Positions 18,946 to 30,915 of a DNA stretch of 64,000 nt are shown piece by piece (the stretch's first letter is position 1; each line of letters begins with the position of its first letter). Below the pieces are notes generated by a model, which had not been told where the DNA came from, made no database searches, and saw nothing but the letters and a program-made list of their open reading frames with translations. This stretch comes from Candidatus Latescibacterota bacterium (GTDB lineage Bacteria; Latescibacterota; UBA2968): the NCBI GenBank assembly GCA_965207885.1, contig OZ242311.1, positions 4,000,001-4,064,000 of the forward strand, given 5' to 3'. The translations under genes were made by a program, and so were the position numbers.

Positions 18946-20898
18946 TCACCATGAATGCGTGCGATGGCCCTGGCCGGGAAACCATATCTGGTCGACAAAA
19001 AACGACAGAAGCACACCCAGAGCATGGCCTACGAGTAGCCCTAAAAATAAGGGACGCAAACGCCGATAGAGATCCACGCCGCCTATGCGTAAAATGATCG
19101 ATTTGATGCCCCATGCCATAAAAACAGAAAAAACTGAATGCACGGCATGCGTCAGCGGCACGACCATGCCAATGGGCGCGAGGGGCCACCATGTAAAGCG
19201 GTAGCGCATCAGACTCACCACGGCAAAAATGCCAATACCCAACAGCAAAAACAAAGGACGCTCGCTCTCCCATTTTTCTTCGCCCTTCAGGGCCTTGACC
19301 AGCCCATCGTAGGTTCGCGGCGGATAGCGCGTGAATGGAAAATCGTTAAAATTATAAGCCCCGTGCAAATAGCCCAGATAAAGCGAATAGGCAATTGCAG
19401 CGCCAATACCGATCACGAGCGTCAATCCAATACCCAAAATGAGCCGCTTCTTATTTCTTCCCGCCATATCTGCAATGCGCGCCGCATGCACGAGCGGGGG
19501 CATAAACATCGCTTTGCTCTGTGAGCGCACCGAATCAACCAGGCGCAATGCCGTCAGCGTTGAAGCATCAAATGATTTGGGCCCAAAAATAAAGGGCAAG
19601 AGGCCATTGGGCGTCATCGGCATGCTAAAATAAATCACACCGGTCTCTGCAATCACCCGCGCCGTGCCCAGATAAGTAATAAAAATACCCAGCGTAAGAG
19701 CAATAGCAACAGCCCAGCTAATGCCCACAGCCTGGAACCAGAAAATCAGAAAAATCAGACTAAGCAGCAGGCCAAATGCACACGCGCGATATGAAAGCAT
19801 CTCGTCTGAATCATCGATCTGTCGATCTCCGCGAAATGCTTTGACAAACACATCGCGAATGTGAAACCTCGCCATCCACAACCCAAATAAAACCATCGCC
19901 ACAAATGCACCCCCAGCTTGTAGCGAGGTCGTCGCATCTGCAGCACTACCTTTATTGCTCAGATTAATCCCCACGCGCCTGTAAAACATAACTTGCACGC
20001 AGTAAAACAAATAAAATATCCAGATGGAAAACAACACATCCAGGTTGGCAAAATAGGCAAAACCCACAGTATAAAAATTAAACCGCACATGAATGCGCGG
20101 GAAATACACGCCCATAGGCATCCACCCCGGTCCCAGGCTGATAACCGGAAATCCGGGTGAAAAATAACTGATAATATTCCAGGACAGGATGAGAAATGGA
20201 ATGGCAGCGCCAAAAAGGAAGAACTTATTCTTCAAAAGGGGTACTCTGTGCTCTGCTTCGGCCAGATCACCTGCCGGGTGCAAAATGGGATACGCCAACC
20301 GCTCGTGTTCTGCCCATTGCTTGCGCAACATCACCGCCAGACAAATGCACCCCACCACAATGGCTGCAATAAACGTCATCCAGCCAAACAAAGGCACAAA
20401 CCAAACACCCCAGGGAATGGGCATGTCCGGACTGGGCAGGCCCTCAAACAACCACTGCATGGCCCCGCCTTCATTGGAGGGAATCAACCAGTTGGGCAAA
20501 TACTGGTGAAAATAACTTCCCCACTGATTCTCTGGCGTGGCGAGATAATAGGGAATGGAAATCATGCCCAAAAAATAACTCGTTAGCCCAAAGGCGGGAA
20601 CAGCAGCCCCCACCAATCCCATCGCCAGAATCGTCCATACTTCGGTACTCGTCAATGCCCATGGGGCCTGCCATCGACGCGCGATTGCATTGCCCAGAGT
20701 CAACACCACATAAGGCGCGAACAACGCGATTGGAAAATGCGTGATATTCATACGCGCGGTATGGGCAATATATTCTACATAAGTATTCCACCCAATAACG
20801 ACCAGCGCAAGTGCCAGACCCAAAATGATTGACCGCGCAGTCACACCTTCCCGCGCGGCGAGTGCATCGCGATCAACTATTCCCTCCCCAAGTGCCAT
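18946..20898 (-). CDS. Polytopic membrane protein, DUF6785/DUF6784 type (putative OPT-like transporter)
   Basis: Many TM segments. RKQWAEHERLAYP, RVIAETG, WWPLAPIG and GGVDLYRRLRPLFLG. Confidence 0.75.
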   Translation of the reverse strand: MALGEGIVDRDALAAREGVTARSIILGLALALVVIGWNTYVEYIAHTARMNITHFPIALFAPYVVLTLGNAIARRWQAPWALTSTEVWTILAMGLVGAAVPAFGLTSYFLGMISIPYYLATPENQWGSYFHQYLPNWLIPSNEGGAMQWLFEGLPSPDMPIPWGVWFVPLFGWMTFIAAIVVGCICLAVMLRKQWAEHERLAYPILHPAGDLAEAEHRVPLLKNKFFLFGAAIPFLILSWNIISYFSPGFPVISLGPGWMPMGVYFPRIHVRFNFYTVGFAYFANLDVLFSIWIFYLFYCVQVMFYRRVGINLSNKGSAADATTSLQAGGAFVAMVLFGLWMARFHIRDVFVKAFRGDRQIDDSDEMLSYRACAFGLLLSLIFLIFWFQAVGISWAVAIALTLGIFITYLGTARVIAETGVIYFSMPMTPNGLLPFIFGPKSFDASTLTALRLVDSVRSQSKAMFMPPLVHAARIADMAGRNKKRLILGIGLTLVIGIGAAIAYSLYLGYLHGAYNFNDFPFTRYPPRTYDGLVKALKGEEKWESERPLFLLLGIGIFAVVSLMRYRFTWWPLAPIGMVVPLTHAVHSVFSVFMAWGIKSIILRIGGVDLYRRLRPLFLGLLVGHALGVLLSFFVDQIWFPGQGHRTHSW

Positions 20899-21013
20899 CT
20901 TATAATATTTCCTCCCACTTTATATAATCGGAAACATCCGTCTCAAACATGATGCCCCAATATATACAAATACCCGGCGGGGAACAATGAGCAATGGTCG
21001 AGAAGCGATAAAC

Positions 21014-21045
21014 AAAAAACTCCCGACCTCTTTCAAGATCGGGAG
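21014..21045 (-). terminator. Rho-independent terminator
   Basis: CTCCCGA...TCGGGAG stem plus T6 on the minus strand. Confidence 0.65.
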
Positions 21046-21070
21046 CAGTATATCCTCGTGGCATCCGCTT

Positions 21071-21709
21071 CTATCTAAAGAACACCGACACGCCACCCTT
21101 CACAAAATGGCGTTTGATGCGATCTTCCCCGGCAAATAAGACCGAATACCCATACATCGCGGTCAGAGCCGTGTGTTTTGACAGCACCTGGCGCGTGCCT
21201 GCGCCACCGCCCAATTCACTGACATTGCCCCATCCCCAAAAATCGCGTGCGGCAAAGGCTTCTACAAACGGAAAGGTGCGCTTTTTAATCTGGATGGGAA
21301 TATTCAACCGATAAAAACCCGACACTGAAGACCCAAACCCGTCATCCACCGTCAAATAACGCCCCCGGGCATCTATCGTTGCATTGTCCAGCACTTGCGT
21401 TAGATCATCCCGGTCGGGAGAATCGAGACCGGCGCGCCGGTCATATTGTCTATTGCCCGCAATAAAAGAACCGCCAATTTGATGCCATCGGCTAATCGAA
21501 TAAGCCACTTGAACCCCCGCGCGATAGAACAAGCCGCGATTGGAAAACCGCACAGACATAACCGGCGTCACTTCCAATTGTCCCGCGCGAATAGGACCTA
21601 TATTGACCTCGCCTTCACCTGTCTTTTCTTCTTCACCAACCACATCGGCCTGGGCAGGTGCGCCCAGAGCCAACAGCCCGGCAACCGTACACATCAGCCA
21701 GTATTTCAT
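21071..21709 (-). CDS. Putative small outer-membrane beta-barrel protein
   Basis: Signal peptide (AQA), alternating amphipathic strands, ends VSVFFR. Confidence 0.6.
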   Translation of the reverse strand: MKYWLMCTVAGLLALGAPAQADVVGEEEKTGEGEVNIGPIRAGQLEVTPVMSVRFSNRGLFYRAGVQVAYSISRWHQIGGSFIAGNRQYDRRAGLDSPDRDDLTQVLDNATIDARGRYLTVDDGFGSSVSGFYRLNIPIQIKKRTFPFVEAFAARDFWGWGNVSELGGGAGTRQVLSKHTALTAMYGYSVLFAGEDRIKRHFVKGGVSVFFR

Positions 21710-21897
21710 AGCATCTCCTCCTGAAAGGTTCTACCCCGGCACTTAGTTTAAAATATCTAAAAGAATCCCGACTGTCAATGGCTCTTACTGAGAAGCCGTG
21801 AACTTTTTGAAAACACGCATGTATTGACTTGACGTACCTTCGTATTCCCCATTAATTGTTGCGCTGGCACGCGTGCCGCATTTTCGAAAGGACTCTC

Positions 21898-22878
<981 letters not shown>

Positions 22879-22893
22879 CCCAAGGAGCTTGTT

Positions 22894-23949
22894 ATGTCTC
22901 GCATCGGACGCGCCGCAGTGATGAGCGGCGAAAAATTTGAAATACGCGAATATCCCGTTCCCGATCCAGAACCGGGATCAATTTTACTCAAACAAGAACT
23001 CGCTGGCATCTGCGGCACAGACCTGCACAACTGGGAATATCAGCGATTGCAGGGCGAGATCATTCTCGGCCACGAAAATGTCGGCATCATCGACAGCCTG
23101 GGATCCGGTGTAGAAACCGATTATCTGGGCAATCCCATCGCGCCCGGAGATCGGGTCCTCTTCGCACCTGGCACAAATAAGGGTGCATACGGTTTTATAC
23201 AAGCCGAAGAAGCCCCCTATTTGCGGGGCGGCTTTGGCGAATACATCTACCTGTGGAACCCCGATTCAGTCGTGCTCAAAACCGATATGCCCGCCGAAGT
23301 TGCGGTCATCACCGAGCCTTTTACCATTGGCGTACACGGCGCAATGCGTTCCGGCTTGCAATTTGGCGACACCGTCGTCGTACAGGGATCGGGAGCCATT
23401 GGCCTGCTCACACTCGTCGCCGCCAAAGTCAGCGGTGCGGGCCGGCTCATCATGGTCGGCGGACCCAAAGGGCGTCTGGAACTGGCGGAGCGCCTCGGCG
23501 CAGACCTCACCATCGACATTGCCGATATACCCGACCCTGAAGAACGCACGAAAATTGTGCGCGAAAATACGCCCCGAGGCGCAGGTGCCGATGTCGTCTT
23601 TGAATGCGCGGGATTTTTGCCCGCCATTCCCGAAGGCGTCACATTCCTGCGGCACAGCGGCACTTATGTCGCCATGGGCCATTTTGTCGATGTGGGGTCT
23701 TTTGACTGCAACCCCAACCAGATGTTTATGCGCCGCAACATGCGCCTCGAAGCCGTGTGGGCAAGCACGCCCGAACACTTTGTACGCGCGCTCCCCATCC
23801 TCGAGCGAAACGAATACGCCTTTGCCGACCTCGTCAGCCACACCATACCCATTGACCGCGTAGCCGAGGGATTCAACGCCCTGCACAGCGGATACCATCT
23901 CGACGGCAAAGACACAATTAAAATTGCAGTAAAAGGCGGGTTGGTATAA
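22894..23949 (+). CDS. Zinc-binding (MDR family) dehydrogenase
   Basis: GICGTD, GHE and GSGAIG. The structural Zn cysteine cluster is absent. Confidence 0.88.
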   Translation: MSRIGRAAVMSGEKFEIREYPVPDPEPGSILLKQELAGICGTDLHNWEYQRLQGEIILGHENVGIIDSLGSGVETDYLGNPIAPGDRVLFAPGTNKGAYGFIQAEEAPYLRGGFGEYIYLWNPDSVVLKTDMPAEVAVITEPFTIGVHGAMRSGLQFGDTVVVQGSGAIGLLTLVAAKVSGAGRLIMVGGPKGRLELAERLGADLTIDIADIPDPEERTKIVRENTPRGAGADVVFECAGFLPAIPEGVTFLRHSGTYVAMGHFVDVGSFDCNPNQMFMRRNMRLEAVWASTPEHFVRALPILERNEYAFADLVSHTIPIDRVAEGFNALHSGYHLDGKDTIKIAVKGGLV

Positions 23950-23968
23950 ACTAAACAACGCAAAAAAC

Positions 23969-24005
23969 AAAAACGGCGATGGACATAAGTCCACCGCCGT
24001 TTTTT
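23969..24005. terminator. Bidirectional rho-independent terminator between convergent genes
   Basis: AAAAACGGCG...CGCCGTTTTT. Confidence 0.8.
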
Positions 24006-24019
24006 GGTTTAAGGGTTAA

Positions 24020-25141
24020 TCAGAAACTAATCGCGGCACTCACCATCTGCACGGGATCGGTGAAAGACGTATTGAAATGCTTGAACGCATAATCGATGCG
24101 AACGCCTTTCCCGGCCTCGGTTTTGTAATCAATACCGCCGCCGAACGAATAATCTTCCAGATCGTGGTTGTTCTTATACCCACCGCGCAGGGCAAAACCC
24201 ATCGCAGAGGTCGCCTGCTTGAACCGATATTCTACACCCACAAGCGTGCGCTCGTCGAAATCTATCGGACTATGGATCTCAGTGGCGAGACTCAGATGAT
24301 GCGGCACAGGGGTTCGGCCAAACAGCGAAATCAGATCAAAGACAAAACCCAGACGGAAGGACCGGGGCAACTCGAAATGTTCGCGCTGAAACTGAGACTC
24401 TCCTCCCGGACTGAAATTCCGCACGCTCATAGCAATCACCATATTCCGGAATCCCGTATTGAAATAGGTCCCGATATCCACGGCAAAAGCATTGAGATCA
24501 TTCGACTGCGTTTGCCGACTACCAGCGACAAAGACCTCACTCGATCCCAACCCCTGATGGGCAAAACGCGCCATTGCCCCTACCGAAAACCGATCGGTAA
24601 TCTGAAAACCCCAGCCTGCGGACAGGGCGTAATTCGTCGTGGTAAATGTACCCGTCTCGGTGAATCCCACACTGGCGGGGTCGGGATTGATCCTGGTGCC
24701 ATTGATCTCTCCCGCGCTGTGCGTGACAAAGCCCACGCCAAAGGTACCCGGTGCATTTGGAAATTTGAAAACCGCACCGGCAACCTGGTGATTTGTTTCA
24801 AAAATCCACTTGGCATGGGTAAAAAACGCCTGCCGTTCGTGTACAAAACCCAGCAACCCCGGGTTTAGAAACACCGCTCCCGACGCATCGCCGATCAAAC
24901 CTACGCCCGCATCTGCCATTGCGGCTCGCCGCGCATCTGTGGAAAATCCGAGAAACACAAAACCGCTCTGCGCGGATTTCACACCCGAAGGTCTGACTTC
25001 TTCCTGATTGGGATAAATGGGTTCCAGATCGCGAATCTTTTCGCCGCCGAGAACCCGGGGATCTTCAAATTGAGCATTGGCCTGCACGCCAGAAAGGACG
25101 AATGCCAGCAGACAGACCCAAATAATATTATGTAATTTCAC
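24020..25141 (-). CDS. PorV/PorQ-like (UPF0164) outer-membrane beta-barrel
   Basis: FLGFSTDARRAAMADA...VFLNPGLL N-terminal signature, DIGTYF, RIDYAF and terminal F. Confidence 0.8.
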   Translation of the reverse strand: MKLHNIIWVCLLAFVLSGVQANAQFEDPRVLGGEKIRDLEPIYPNQEEVRPSGVKSAQSGFVFLGFSTDARRAAMADAGVGLIGDASGAVFLNPGLLGFVHERQAFFTHAKWIFETNHQVAGAVFKFPNAPGTFGVGFVTHSAGEINGTRINPDPASVGFTETGTFTTTNYALSAGWGFQITDRFSVGAMARFAHQGLGSSEVFVAGSRQTQSNDLNAFAVDIGTYFNTGFRNMVIAMSVRNFSPGGESQFQREHFELPRSFRLGFVFDLISLFGRTPVPHHLSLATEIHSPIDFDERTLVGVEYRFKQATSAMGFALRGGYKNNHDLEDYSFGGGIDYKTEAGKGVRIDYAFKHFNTSFTDPVQMVSAAISF

Positions 25142-25160
25142 AACAGCCTCCTCGTCTGAC

Positions 25161-27380
25161 CTACCGAATAACCACGAACTTCTCGATATCGGTTTCGCCC
25201 GTGTCGGGATTAGTAATATGCGCTACGTACACGCCGCTGACAATGAACTGGTTGTTGTCATTTGCCATCAGCGCCCACTCCTCGTCGCCCGAACCGGAAA
25301 TGTGATCGAGCCGCGTGACCAGATCGCCCTGAAGCGTAAAGATCCGGATAATGGCTCGAGCGGGCAGATTCACAAAGAGCAACTTGTTGGGCTGCCCCGT
25401 GAAGTTCAAACCGCCTGCCGACAAATCGCCACCCAAAATACTATAGGGATTGGGCACGACGCGAACGCTTGTCAGATCGTTGACAGGAGCAGAAAATGGA
25501 CTCACGCCATTGCCGAGACCGCGCGTGGCAAAAATGCTGCTCTCTTGCCCATCGGCATCCACGGCCGTAACCGCGTAGAAATACCGCTCACCGCGCACGA
25601 CGTCTGTGTCGATATGGCTGGTTCCCGTAATGAGCGTATTGCCATTGACCGCTATTGGCGGGTCGGGCAAATTGGTTTCATGACCGACCATCTTGTAGAG
25701 ATTGTAGCCCACGGCATCGGAAACCGCTGACCATTCGATCTCATTTTGCGCGGGACCCGATTTGTAGGCCACATTGGAAGGCCACGACGGACCGAGCGGA
25801 AGACTCGGCGCCATCCCGATGGGCCACGACACTTCCTTGCCCTGCACAGTGCCGTTAACCGTGCGGCGATCCCGCCATGCCTGTCGCGCCAGTTCCACAC
25901 CCTTCATCAGCGAATCCTGACCGCTATTGAGAAAAGCCTCTTTCTGCTCGAAGGAAATCGAACCATTGGCCCACTGCGCGCCAACGCGCTTGTTCTCATC
26001 TGTATGTGGGCCAGCCACGACCCAGGCTTCTACGATATGAACCCACTCCCCGGGTTTCAGATCCCACGGTCCCCAGGTCATCTGAAATGCCCACATATCG
26101 ACAGACGTGGGTTGGTGGTCGGGGGCGTCACTCTGGAAAATGCGTTGATCGCGCGTCGTCCCCGGTTCCACGATAAAGTCATAGACCTCGGGGCGGGTAT
26201 TCCCATCTGAAGAGCGCCAGCTAGAGCCTTCAACGCGCTTTATCAGACGGGGTTGAGAGGATTCGGAGTTCGGGTCGTTGATAAACCAGTTATTCCCATC
26301 GGACAAATCTTCAAAAGTCGTGGGATTTTGCGAGACGTAGAGCCAGACCTTGCCCTTGTATTCGGACTCTAAAAACTCGCCAGACGAGATCCGCGCTGCC
26401 TTGGCCAGTTCGAGAGCCCCGTGACCTTCAGCGGGCGCGGGTTCGCCGCGATCATCGCCATCCGGGCGGTATCCAGCTTTGTTGGCTGAGTCGGCGTCTC
26501 GCGCATAGAAGAGCTTTTGCTCGTCGTCGTAAAAATAAAGCTCGTCCCATTCGCCGAGCGCGCCGAGATTTGCCGTGCGGTGACGAGATCCAACTTCTAC
26601 TGCGCCCTCATCCCGCACCTCGCCGGCCGGACCTTGCCCACCGCCTCTCTGGATATACGCGTTTTGCCCGATGTAAAGGTTCTTAAACACCGGATTGGCC
26701 GTGCTCGACTCGGGGCTCGGCGCAGACCCGCGCGCGCCCACTCTTGAATCGGGAACATTGGGCGGATCGGGACGGCCATAACTCCGGATCAGGATAAACA
26801 TATCATCCTGCTCTGGACTTTGCCAGGCATAGAGCCTGCGCCGCTCCGTGAGACCACCCGCATACCCCACTTCGAGCGGGATCAACAGATCGGCAGTCAG
26901 ATCTGGGATCACCTGATCGAGGCGGTCGGGAAAAATCGTCCACAGCGTCTGAGACAAGTTCACGCCATCCTGCGTAACAGTTGGCGGCTGGTTGCGGTAA
27001 ATTTTTGGCGTAAGACCATCGCCGAGTTCAAAATGCGTGCGCGTAAAATCCCGCGCGTCTTCCTTATAGTCATTTACAAACTTTGTAAATGGCTTGCCCA
27101 ACAACTCGGGCTGGTCGCCTTGAAATGGCTCAAAATAGGAAGGAACATTAAAATCTTCTATGGCAAACTGCCACCACCCGTCCATAACCCGCGCATTTTC
27201 AGTACGGACATCGGGATTGGTGAAACCCGTCGCTCGTCCACCCGGGGAATTGATAATGACGAAATAGTCGATACTGGGCCAGTTTCCCCACATCCTTCCG
27301 ATCCATTGTGCGCTGGCATCGCTCAATGGCATGAGCAAAGCCGCGAATATCAGAAGTGTTGTAAATCGTCTTTGTATCAC
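25161..27380 (-). CDS. Secreted protein with Fn3-like module and T9SS/FlgD-type C-terminal sorting domain
   Basis: Signal peptide ASA-Q, Fn3-like W..V..AVGYNLY...YFYAVTAVD, and CTD VRVVPNPY...FVNLP...IRIFTLQGDLV...SGVY...KFVVIR. Confidence 0.75.
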   Translation of the reverse strand: MIQRRFTTLLIFAALLMPLSDASAQWIGRMWGNWPSIDYFVIINSPGGRATGFTNPDVRTENARVMDGWWQFAIEDFNVPSYFEPFQGDQPELLGKPFTKFVNDYKEDARDFTRTHFELGDGLTPKIYRNQPPTVTQDGVNLSQTLWTIFPDRLDQVIPDLTADLLIPLEVGYAGGLTERRRLYAWQSPEQDDMFILIRSYGRPDPPNVPDSRVGARGSAPSPESSTANPVFKNLYIGQNAYIQRGGGQGPAGEVRDEGAVEVGSRHRTANLGALGEWDELYFYDDEQKLFYARDADSANKAGYRPDGDDRGEPAPAEGHGALELAKAARISSGEFLESEYKGKVWLYVSQNPTTFEDLSDGNNWFINDPNSESSQPRLIKRVEGSSWRSSDGNTRPEVYDFIVEPGTTRDQRIFQSDAPDHQPTSVDMWAFQMTWGPWDLKPGEWVHIVEAWVVAGPHTDENKRVGAQWANGSISFEQKEAFLNSGQDSLMKGVELARQAWRDRRTVNGTVQGKEVSWPIGMAPSLPLGPSWPSNVAYKSGPAQNEIEWSAVSDAVGYNLYKMVGHETNLPDPPIAVNGNTLITGTSHIDTDVVRGERYFYAVTAVDADGQESSIFATRGLGNGVSPFSAPVNDLTSVRVVPNPYSILGGDLSAGGLNFTGQPNKLLFVNLPARAIIRIFTLQGDLVTRLDHISGSGDEEWALMANDNNQFIVSGVYVAHITNPDTGETDIEKFVVIR

Positions 27381-27425
27381 ATTTCTCTCCTATACATTAA
27401 GACGTAAACGTGAAAAAAATAAAGA

Positions 27426-27480
27426 TGCCCTCCCAGCCCTTCCCCAGCACAGGCGAAGCCTGAACGGGGAAGGAGGGGCA
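27426..27480 (-). other. Intercistronic GC-rich nested stem-loop
   Basis: CCTTCCCC...GGGGAAGG encloses CAGGC-GAA-GCCTG. Confidence 0.55.
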
Positions 27481-27505
27481 GGTCCCAAGAAATTAAAATA
27501 GCTTC

Positions 27506-30500
27506 TCAGAAACTAAACCTGGCACCAAACGTAATATCCCGCCGGTCACTAAAGAGGAGTGAAGGACGTCGCATATCCGGGAAATCTAAGACATCGGTAC
27601 CCGGTCGCTTACCTTCTTGCAATTTGCCATTTGAATCTACTGTCCAGCCTATCGATTCCATATACGCGCGGAAGCGATTGCCAGTACTCGTGCCTTGATA
27701 TACAAAGGCCTGGCCACCGCTGAAGCTGCCCACGCCTCCTCTGGGTGTATCTTCGGGTGCAGTCCCAAAAAGGTCGTTGCGATTGCCGCCGCCCAGGGTG
27801 TGCGTATTTTGGAAGTTGAGCGGGTTGGAAATCTCTACGAACAGCATAGGCGATCCCGGCATATCGAACATCTTGGAAATGCGCAGGTGCGCGGCGTATT
27901 CATCGACCCACTGCGCGTTGAGCACATTGATCAGCGAAGCATCTGCATTGCCCGGATTGTAGTTGAACCACTCTCCCGCCTCGCGATCAAGGTAGAAACC
28001 GAAATTCCAGCCACCCTTGAGCATCCGCTGTTCGCCGCCGTAATCGAGGGGTGTTCGGAAATTGCCGCCCAATTTTATCTGAGGCTTTGCCTTGAATGGC
28101 GGCGCGGCATTGTTCGGGTTACCCTCAAGCACGGTTATCGAAGGCGTTGAAACCGTCTTCGCATCGCGGATATCTTGCCACGCTGTGTTGCGAACCCGCG
28201 CCTGGCGAATATCATAAGACAAGAAACCTGTAAAGAACTGGCCCCGAGTCTTCTGCAACTTCAGTTCCAGCCCGCGCGCATCAGTCACAAAGGCATTTTG
28301 CGTGTTGCGAGGAGCACCCGTGTTAAATGCGCCCCTGATCCGCACGGCAGGCCAAGCTTCGTTCTCGCCATCTTTGAAATAAACCGTTCCCGTCAAAAGA
28401 TACTGCCCCTGGAAGCTGCGTTCATATCCCATTTCATACTGAATCGTGCGCTCCATCTTCATCCACGGATTGCCAAAAAACTCCAGCGACTGCCCCAAAC
28501 CACTCTGCGTGCGATACATATCGCGCGTATTCACAATCTGGTTAAAGTGCCCGTAGTTGATGAACATTTTGCTCAAATCCGTAATCGGATAAGACGCGCC
28601 AAAACGGGGGCTGAAAGCCCAATCGGTTGGCGGGCGCACCTTGCGCACCGCGCGATAAACAGCTTCGGCATCTCTGCCAAACCACGGGAAATGGGTTTCA
28701 TTTGGAAGGTCGAAATAAAGGTCGGGACGATGCCAATCCAGACGAACACCGGCATTGACCACGATATCGCGATACTCCATCCTGTCCTGGAAAAAGACGC
28801 CGCCGAAGATCGGGGTTTTCACAAAATAGTTGTTGTGGTCACCCGTTGCGCCGCCCGAAGGCACATCCGATTCATTGAAAACGCCATCCCCGTTGATATC
28901 GCCACCGTTGGGCAGGTCAGGATCGCTGCGCCCGGTCCACGGAAAGATCACGTCATCGGTTGAACTGACGCGCGGGCCTTCGTACTCATCCCTGTAAATG
29001 GGATCGCTGAATTCGGGAACTGCGGCTGGCACCATACCCCGGTTTTCGTGCAAATTGAAATGATGCACCTGCACACCGGCTTTAATCTGGTGATGCGGGG
29101 TAATCTGGCTGGTGAAATCAGCCGTAATATCGAGATCATCCATGGTGGACCAGTCGCCTGCACGGCTATTGCCACCACCGCCCTGCATTCGGAAAATATT
29201 GAGAATATCATTGCCACCGGGCTTGTAATTCCAGCCAAAGGGCGCTTCGTTCAGAACCACGGCACCCCGCGCTCTGGCCGCATCGGCACTACTCTCATCG
29301 ACCGGTTCCATCGAACCATCTGTGTGGATAGCCATTGCGGGCGCGTTGGTCAGTTTTTGCGGATGCCATTGCGTGGTCCAATCCGCACCGCCAAACCGCG
29401 CCGTCAAGTTGTAAAACGTCTTGGGCGACAAAGTGTGTGTCCAGGAGACCAACCCGTGATTGCGCTCAATTAGCATCTTCTGGAATTCGGCAGCGGGCAT
29501 AAACATGCGCGAATGGTTATAGTTCTCAAAAACCGCCTGCTGTGTGCGCTGTGGCACGCCCACATTATTGCCCTGATGGCTCCCGTGCTGGAATCCCCGA
29601 ATATACTGCACACTCAATTTGGTCGTGGCAGTGGGGGTAAACGTCAGCTTGAGTTGTGTGGTATTGTCCCGATAAGAAACCGTGGCCACATCAAAGGGAT
29701 AGGCCATGCGCTCTTTGCGGCTCGATGCCGTGAACCCCACCTTGTCCTTCAAAATTGGGCCACCAACCGTAATATCCCACAAATAATCGTAATCGCGGTC
29801 TTCCGGGTTTGCGTTAAACGGACCATCGGCATACGGATCATCTCCGTCATGACTCCGATGCTGCCAGGCCCATATTCCCCGGGCCTGCTCAACAGTGGTA
29901 ATGGGATCGCCACTTACGCCAGCCACCCATTGTTGTCCACCGGCTGTGCGATTTGCGAGTTCCTGATTCCAGCCAATAAAGTCCGGCTCACCATCTCCAT
30001 TGCGGTCCTCGGTAGGACTATTGGACTGAAAACGCCCCACATCCCACCAGTTGTCTTCAGAATAGAGATTGGGTCCAAAGTGCTTCTTGCCAGCGGGATT
30101 GTACGTACCTTCTGCCGAAACAAAAAACTGGCTGGGTTCTTTGGTCACAAAGTTCACGACTCCACCGCGGATATTCCCGTATTCGGCATTAAAACCACCT
30201 GTGAGCACCTGAACCTGCTTGATCGCGGTCTTTGAAAAAGATGTATAAGCGCGCTGATGGCGATTGTCAGCCGCGGTCACGCCGTCCATGTTAAAACCGA
30301 TGTTCATGGCGTTTTCACCGCGAATGGTAATACCCCATGCATCTTTATCTAAACCCACTTGCGTGGCGACCTGATCCCGAATGCGCGCACCAACGGGAAT
30401 TGTCTCGAGTTGCTCCTGCGTAATCGCCTGCTGCGCATACGATACGTCCATCTGAACCGGATCGAGATCGGCTGTCACCACAATAGCATCCAACTCGACC

Positions 30501-30853
30501 GTCGATTCTTTGAGCTGGAAGTCAACCGTCGCGGTGCGGTCTAAAAGCACTTCCACTTCGGTCTTGGAAACGCTCTGATAACCCACGAGAGAAGCCCGCA
30601 CTTCGTAAATGCCCGGCGACACGCGCAAAATGAAATACTCGCCGTTGACATCGACCGTCGCGCCCATCTGTGTACCCACCACCACGACATTGGCCCCGGG
30701 TAACGGCTCGCCAGAATCTGCGTCTGTAACGCGCCCGGCGATCTTCCCCGTGGTCTGCGCATGCAACCCAACCGGCAAGGCAAGCAACACTGTACACAAC
30801 AGTGCCACCCAAAATCCCGACGGGTGAAAAACATCACTGTAAACGTTCTTCAT
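27506..30853 (-). CDS. Large TonB-dependent receptor with carboxypeptidase-regulatory-like N-domain
   Basis: QTTGKIAGRVTDADSGEPLPGANV, LTGGFNAEYG, FFQDRMEY, FSPRFG and terminal FSF. Confidence 0.9.
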   Translation of the reverse strand: MKNVYSDVFHPSGFWVALLCTVLLALPVGLHAQTTGKIAGRVTDADSGEPLPGANVVVVGTQMGATVDVNGEYFILRVSPGIYEVRASLVGYQSVSKTEVEVLLDRTATVDFQLKESTVELDAIVVTADLDPVQMDVSYAQQAITQEQLETIPVGARIRDQVATQVGLDKDAWGITIRGENAMNIGFNMDGVTAADNRHQRAYTSFSKTAIKQVQVLTGGFNAEYGNIRGGVVNFVTKEPSQFFVSAEGTYNPAGKKHFGPNLYSEDNWWDVGRFQSNSPTEDRNGDGEPDFIGWNQELANRTAGGQQWVAGVSGDPITTVEQARGIWAWQHRSHDGDDPYADGPFNANPEDRDYDYLWDITVGGPILKDKVGFTASSRKERMAYPFDVATVSYRDNTTQLKLTFTPTATTKLSVQYIRGFQHGSHQGNNVGVPQRTQQAVFENYNHSRMFMPAAEFQKMLIERNHGLVSWTHTLSPKTFYNLTARFGGADWTTQWHPQKLTNAPAMAIHTDGSMEPVDESSADAARARGAVVLNEAPFGWNYKPGGNDILNIFRMQGGGGNSRAGDWSTMDDLDITADFTSQITPHHQIKAGVQVHHFNLHENRGMVPAAVPEFSDPIYRDEYEGPRVSSTDDVIFPWTGRSDPDLPNGGDINGDGVFNESDVPSGGATGDHNNYFVKTPIFGGVFFQDRMEYRDIVVNAGVRLDWHRPDLYFDLPNETHFPWFGRDAEAVYRAVRKVRPPTDWAFSPRFGASYPITDLSKMFINYGHFNQIVNTRDMYRTQSGLGQSLEFFGNPWMKMERTIQYEMGYERSFQGQYLLTGTVYFKDGENEAWPAVRIRGAFNTGAPRNTQNAFVTDARGLELKLQKTRGQFFTGFLSYDIRQARVRNTAWQDIRDAKTVSTPSITVLEGNPNNAAPPFKAKPQIKLGGNFRTPLDYGGEQRMLKGGWNFGFYLDREAGEWFNYNPGNADASLINVLNAQWVDEYAAHLRISKMFDMPGSPMLFVEISNPLNFQNTHTLGGGNRNDLFGTAPEDTPRGGVGSFSGGQAFVYQGTSTGNRFRAYMESIGWTVDSNGKLQEGKRPGTDVLDFPDMRRPSLLFSDRRDITFGARFSF

Positions 30854-30915
30854 GCTCTACCTCCTTTGGGGGGTGAAAAAAACGATACGTATTTTGTGAT
30901 TCTACACCAAATATA

